NCBI GenBank assembly: GCA_025453495.1
Contig: JALOQM010000003.1
Location: 1 to 58,164 of the forward strand
Direction: 5' to 3'
Length of the DNA: 58,164 bases
From: Minisyncoccota bacterium
GTDB taxonomy: Bacteria > Patescibacteriota > Minisyncoccia > Phycocordibacterales > UBA9973
Made by a program: the position numbers and the translations under genes. Of this stretch, positions 53,761-58,164 are shown in pieces; position 1 is the stretch's first letter; every line of letters begins with the position of its first letter. Below the pieces are notes generated by a model that saw nothing but the letters and a program-made list of their open reading frames with translations, did no database searches and was not told where the DNA came from.

Positions 53761-55698
53761 TTATACGCTCAAAATAACGGGAATGACGAGTGGGCGCTTT
53801 GCGGTGTTCTGGTAGAGGAATTTGGCGATAGCATCGCCAAGATCGCTTTTTATGAAATCAAAATCAATCGGATGTTGTCCGCGTGCGTCTTCTTCAATTG
53901 TTTTTTTCACAATACCGCGGACTTGCTTGAGTAATTCTTGTGCCTCTTTGAGATAGACAAAGCCACGAGAGATAATGTCAGGTGATTTGCGAAGCTTTCC
54001 GGTCTGCGAGTCGACGGTTGCGATGACAACAAACATGCCATCTTTTGCAAGTATTTGTCGGTCGCGGACAACAACTTCTTGCTCATTACCGACAGCAAAT
54101 CCGTCAACCATGACAAGCTCTGCCGGTGCTTTCTCTTTGCGAACACGTATTTTTTCACCACCGTCATAGATTTCGATAATAGATCCGTTGTCAGGCACAA
54201 TTATATTCTCCGGTGCGGCGCCAAGCATGCGAGCGAGCTCTGCATGCTGTTTGAGCATGTAGTGGTTGCCGTGGAGTGGCATAAAGTACTTATAGTTAAA
54301 CTGACGGTGAATCCATGCGAGTTCTTCACGATTTCCGTGACCAGACGCATGGATGTCAGAATCACGATAAGTGATAATTCTTGCGTCAGAACGATAGAGA
54401 TTATCTTTGAGCTTATCTACAGCGCTTTCGTTTCCTGGGACAATAGATGATGATAGAAGAATAGTATCAGTACGTGAGAGTTGGACTTGTCGGTGCGTCT
54501 TATTTGCCATACGCATAAGTGCAGCAAATTCTTCACCCTGGGCTCCTGTCACAATCATAAGAATTTTATTTGGCGGATATGATGCCATCTCTTCCACAGC
54601 GATCAAGTTTTTCGATTTGAGGATACCAAGTTGTTTTGAGATTTCGATGTTGGCTTTCATGCTGCGACCTTCGATAACAATCTTTCTTCCGAAACGTTCA
54701 GCAATCTCAATGATAGCAACAAGGCGCTCTACTTGTGAGGCAAAAGTCGCGATAATCATGCGCCCCGGCGTTTCTGCAATTATCTTTTCGATATTTGAAA
54801 TAACTGTGTTTTCTGAGAGCGACCATCCCGGCTTTTCGATAGAAGTTGAGTCCATTGTCAAAAATAGGATTTTCTTTTCATGGAAGCGTTCGTATTGCAG
54901 CGCTTCTTCTTCGGTCGGTATACCAGCGATGTTGTCGACACGCACATCTTCGATAAGTGCTACATCACCAAGTGGTGTAGTGATAAAGAGACCCATTGAG
55001 TCAGGGATAGTGTGAGAAATGGCAAATGTTTTTATAGTAAATGCTTCACCAGCCTGTACGGTGTCATTTGCACCAACTATGTTCATATTGAGTTTTGGTA
55101 AGTGCGGGAATTCTTCTTGGCGCTTGAGTATGATCGCCGCCCCGAATTCACGACTATAGATTGGTGGGTTCCCAATAGCTGAGATAACTGCAGGGATGGC
55201 ACCGACGTGATCAAGGTGACCGTGTGTAATGAAAATGCCACGGATGCGATCTTTGCGTTCCTCAAGATATTTTGTATTTGGGACGATATAATCGATACCT
55301 GGTGTGTCAGGAGTTGCAAATTGCATACCGACATCCACAACGATGATGTCGGTACCATACTCAAGTGCGGTCATGTTTTGTCCGACCTGCTCACATCCAC
55401 CAAGCGGTATTACACGTAAGACACCTGGCTCAGGATCAGGGATACGTACTCGATTCTTTTGTGGAGTCGTGCTATTTTGTGAGTCTTTGTTTTGTGGTGT
55501 AGGAGGTCGACGGTTTGGACGCTTACCACCAAATTTTTGATACTGAAATGTTCTTGATTTTTGTCCACCACGACGGTTTCTTCCCTGACCACCTCCTTGT
55601 TTGTGAGCAGTAATTTCTTTTTGTGCCCCATCTTTTGGTCCTGTACTTGCTTCGCGCAGGGCACTGAATCCTGGATTGTTTTTTCTTAGTATATTCAT
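53761..55698 (-). CDS. rnj: Ribonuclease J with a basic low-complexity N-terminal extension
   Basis: Metallo-beta-lactamase motif ITHGHLDHVGA, beta-CASP region and C-terminal domain. The first 90 or so aa are R/G/Q/P/K-rich. Confidence 0.9.
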   Translation of the reverse strand: MNILRKNNPGFSALREASTGPKDGAQKEITAHKQGGGQGRNRRGGQKSRTFQYQKFGGKRPNRRPPTPQNKDSQNSTTPQKNRVRIPDPEPGVLRVIPLGGCEQVGQNMTALEYGTDIIVVDVGMQFATPDTPGIDYIVPNTKYLEERKDRIRGIFITHGHLDHVGAIPAVISAIGNPPIYSREFGAAIILKRQEEFPHLPKLNMNIVGANDTVQAGEAFTIKTFAISHTIPDSMGLFITTPLGDVALIEDVRVDNIAGIPTEEEALQYERFHEKKILFLTMDSTSIEKPGWSLSENTVISNIEKIIAETPGRMIIATFASQVERLVAIIEIAERFGRKIVIEGRSMKANIEISKQLGILKSKNLIAVEEMASYPPNKILMIVTGAQGEEFAALMRMANKTHRQVQLSRTDTILLSSSIVPGNESAVDKLKDNLYRSDARIITYRDSDIHASGHGNREELAWIHRQFNYKYFMPLHGNHYMLKQHAELARMLGAAPENIIVPDNGSIIEIYDGGEKIRVRKEKAPAELVMVDGFAVGNEQEVVVRDRQILAKDGMFVVIATVDSQTGKLRKSPDIISRGFVYLKEAQELLKQVRGIVKKTIEEDARGQHPIDFDFIKSDLGDAIAKFLYQNTAKRPLVIPVILSV

Positions 55699-55720
55699 TC
55701 TGTGTTGTGTATGCTTAGTG

Positions 55721-57472
55721 CTAATAATTATTTTTTACAAATATTTTCCAAATATTTTCTGTTTCGATATACCATTCGCCGATATTGCCAAATCGTTCAG
55801 TGGGAATAGTCATATTATCTATTGATACATTTTTGATATTTTTTCCGACAACATAGATATATTGTGGCGAGTAGACAAACACTGCTGGTATATCTTTGGC
55901 GAATTCAGACTGAAACGCAAGATACTGTTTAGCACGATCTATTGGATTCTGAATAGTCAGACTTTTCTCAAGTGCTTTGTCTGCTGTCGAGTTCGCGTAC
56001 ATTGCAATATTGAGACCAGGATCATTTCTTTGTGATGAGTGCCAAAAAGCAAAAAGATCTGATTCTCTTCCAATAACTTGTCCGAAAAAGAGTGCATCGT
56101 ATTTTCTAGGACGAATAACGCTTTGATTTAAGCTTCCAGTGTCAAAGACTTTTAGCTCCACCTCAGCACCAATTGCAGCAAAGTCTTGTTGTATAAGTTC
56201 AGCTGCTCGTTTGAGTTCTGCTGTATCACCAGTAGATATCGAAAACGAAAGGCGTTGCGTTTCTTTTTTAAGCTTTTTTTCCAAAATACCATCGGGACCC
56301 ATTTTCCATCCATCTTTGGCAAGCAGCTTTTTTGCTTCTTCGACACGGTTCGCATGCGTACTCTTTTGTTCCTCACCAGCCTCACTGACACCAAGAAGTG
56401 ATTTTGGTACAGGGCCGTCAATCACTTCACCGTATTCTCGGAGTACTTCGGCGATTATGCGTTCTTTGTCGATTGCCATTGAGAGTGCATTCACGACGGG
56501 TTTGTTTAGGAACACTGGTGCTTGATTTTGATTAAAGAAAACACCAAACATTCGAGGAAGGACTGTCGTTTCTATACGATAGCCTTTTGTAGCAAGTTCA
56601 AAAGCGTTGTCAGGACTAATACCACCAATATTGTCGACTTCCTTACTGGTGAGTCCAGACACAAGATCATTTTCGTTTGCATAAAAGCGAATAGTAAGCT
56701 TTTCTATAAACGGTACTGTCGAAAGTCGCTTTGCAGGAACAAGTACATAATAGCGAGGGACACCAGAAGAAGATTTACTGATACTTTCAATTTTGTATAA
56801 TCCTGAACCGATCGCATTGGTATTGTAGTCGCTGAAAGAAAATTCTTCTGCTGAGACCGAACTCCAAATATGTGAAGGAAGAATACCGATAGTGGTATTT
56901 TCAAGGAATTGTGCGTACGGTGTTTTTAAACGAAAGGCAATTGTGCGGGCATCAATTTTCTCTGGAGTAACACCTTCCCAACTTACTTTTTTGGGGCTTT
57001 TGATAGTGTTGTCTTTGATTTGTTGTATTGTGTAGACGACATCATCAGCGGTCACAGGTTCTTTGTCGTGAAATACGGCATCATTTTTGATAACGAACGT
57101 GTAGACGAGGCCATCTTCAGATACCGAATAGCTCTCAGCAAGATCAGGAACGATAGCGCCATCTGATCCTTTTTTCATGAGCCCTGAGTATATAAGAGCG
57201 GTTAAGTCACGATCTGCATCAGAGACAGCAAGTACTGGGTTGATAAACCGAGGAATCCCGATAATTCCTTCTGAGATACTCCCTCCTTGTGTAGGTACTT
57301 TTTCTGTAAAGAAGTTATTTACTCGGACAAGCAAGAGAACTGCTGTGACAAGAAGAATAGTGAAGAGTACAAGAAAGACAAAGTACTCTTTTTTTGAAAG
57401 GGACAAGAGTGCGCGAGAAATTTCCCCCCGTACGGGGATGCATTTTTTAAAAGTATTGATTATTTTTTTCAT
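55721..57472 (-). CDS. ABC transporter substrate-binding protein (family 5, peptide/nickel type)
   Basis: N-terminal TM anchor. 583 aa with SBP_bac_5-like blocks (LIYSGLMK..., TFVIKNDAVFHD). Confidence 0.75.
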   Translation of the reverse strand: MKKIINTFKKCIPVRGEISRALLSLSKKEYFVFLVLFTILLVTAVLLLVRVNNFFTEKVPTQGGSISEGIIGIPRFINPVLAVSDADRDLTALIYSGLMKKGSDGAIVPDLAESYSVSEDGLVYTFVIKNDAVFHDKEPVTADDVVYTIQQIKDNTIKSPKKVSWEGVTPEKIDARTIAFRLKTPYAQFLENTTIGILPSHIWSSVSAEEFSFSDYNTNAIGSGLYKIESISKSSSGVPRYYVLVPAKRLSTVPFIEKLTIRFYANENDLVSGLTSKEVDNIGGISPDNAFELATKGYRIETTVLPRMFGVFFNQNQAPVFLNKPVVNALSMAIDKERIIAEVLREYGEVIDGPVPKSLLGVSEAGEEQKSTHANRVEEAKKLLAKDGWKMGPDGILEKKLKKETQRLSFSISTGDTAELKRAAELIQQDFAAIGAEVELKVFDTGSLNQSVIRPRKYDALFFGQVIGRESDLFAFWHSSQRNDPGLNIAMYANSTADKALEKSLTIQNPIDRAKQYLAFQSEFAKDIPAVFVYSPQYIYVVGKNIKNVSIDNMTIPTERFGNIGEWYIETENIWKIFVKNNY

Positions 57473-57544
57473 GCGTTTCTGCGAGCTATTTCGCCAAGAA
57501 TATATCTTAAGCTCAAAAAGCGCGTCTTTTAGAACCAGCAGAAG

Positions 57545-57778
57545 CTAGCGCAAAACGATTGCGGCTATTGCTAGTCCTGTAAATATAATTGCGATAATAA
57601 TAGTGAAATAAAAAAGAAATCTTTCAAATCCTCTGCGTGTCCGATAGTTTCCCGATCCATCACCTCCGCCAAGAGCGCCACCGACGCCAGTACCAGTCTG
57701 CTGGAGAAGTATTGTTATAACTAGAAGGATTGAAACTACTATCTGCAACCAAGGCAGAAATTGAGTAAAGGTATCCAT
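57545..57778 (-). CDS. secG: Preprotein translocase subunit SecG
   Basis: 77 aa, two TM helices, and a Gly-rich loop LLQQTGTGVGGALGGG. Confidence 0.85.
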   Translation of the reverse strand: MDTFTQFLPWLQIVVSILLVITILLQQTGTGVGGALGGGDGSGNYRTRRGFERFLFYFTIIIAIIFTGLAIAAIVLR

Positions 57779-57962
57779 ATGGGGAAGAGTATGTCAGATA
57801 CGCTCACTTTTTGCAAGAACATGTATGGCCAGTGAATGATGTATACTTATTTGTAGCTTATTTAAGCAAGAATATTTCTTAATAGTATTTTCTAAGAATC
57901 TAAGAAATAGAGAAGCATAAAATGAATATAATTATTCAATAGTCATTTTGGTCATATATTTA

Positions 57963-57990
57963 TTGACCTATTAATATTATGCTGTACAAT
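57963..57990 (+). promoter_or_regulatory. Sigma70-like promoter (TTGACC-16 nt-TACAAT)
   Basis: TTGACC at 57963-57968, TACAAT at 57985-57990. Upstream of the partial CDS at 58044. Confidence 0.4.
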
Positions 57991-58043
57991 ATAAGTATAA
58001 GTCATTTATTTTTATTTATAAGTAAGTAGTTTAGTTTATTTTT

Positions 58044-58164
58044 ATGAAAAAATATGTTGCAGCATTTTTATTAATAGCAGGCCTTGCTGTTCTTGGTAGT
58101 ATAAATTATTTCCATAACCCAAAAGTAGCGAATGCGCTTTTGACAGTAGGTGCATCATGTAATA
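58044..58164 (+). CDS. 5' end of a CDS for an exported protein (partial, runs off the window)
   Basis: MKKYVAAFLLIAGLAVLGSINYF... is signal-peptide-like. Confidence 0.4.
   Translation, partial: MKKYVAAFLLIAGLAVLGSINYFHNPKVANALLTVGASCN

Noticed and set aside
1-58164. CRISPR arrays, rRNA genes, IS elements with terminal inverted repeats, and group I/II introns.
   Set aside because: No regularly spaced direct repeats of 25-40 nt, no rRNA-like conserved blocks, and no transposase ORFs were seen. The only RNA gene I could fold is tRNA-Gln.

Overview
This 58-kb window looks like a small, streamlined bacterial genome, probably Patescibacteria/CPR-like. That assignment is an inference from gene content: pilin-rich, compact RF2, GatCA, tiny intergenic spaces. 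The standard genetic code fits. Housekeeping backbone: a type IV pilin/prepilin-peptidase cluster (0.27-4.2 kb), ligA, gatC-gatA, prfB, ftsE-ftsX. After about 29 kb come tRNA-Gln, a membrane thermonuclease, a P-type ATPase, a MacAB-like efflux set, mpl/Bpt-like/murI/dipeptidase, pyrG, NDH-2, rluB-like, RNase J, a peptide-binding protein and secG. Between about 13.55 and 29.2 kb lies a compositionally mosaic accessory island. It carries four DNA methyltransferases, three nuclease candidates, a ParB-methylase, a TerS-like HTH protein and a large serine recombinase. The most interesting element is a translationally coupled five-gene operon on the minus strand (18345-24564). It encodes a 731-aa protein fusing a MORC/MutL-like GHKL ATPase to a complete histidine-kinase transmitter. 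It also encodes a stand-alone receiver-like protein, a PtuB-type HNH nuclease, a gamma-class N6-adenine methyltransferase and a double Cys4 zinc-ribbon protein. I read it as a candidate phosphorelay-gated restriction/defence system. A second genome-wide observation is that many genes have a TGnTATA(A/C)T -10 box only 6-13 nt upstream of the start codon, implying leaderless or near-leaderless mRNAs. This signature also revises several ORF-track starts and exposes an unlisted 52-aa ORF. No CRISPR array or rRNA was seen. All family calls come from motif reading only, with no searches run.
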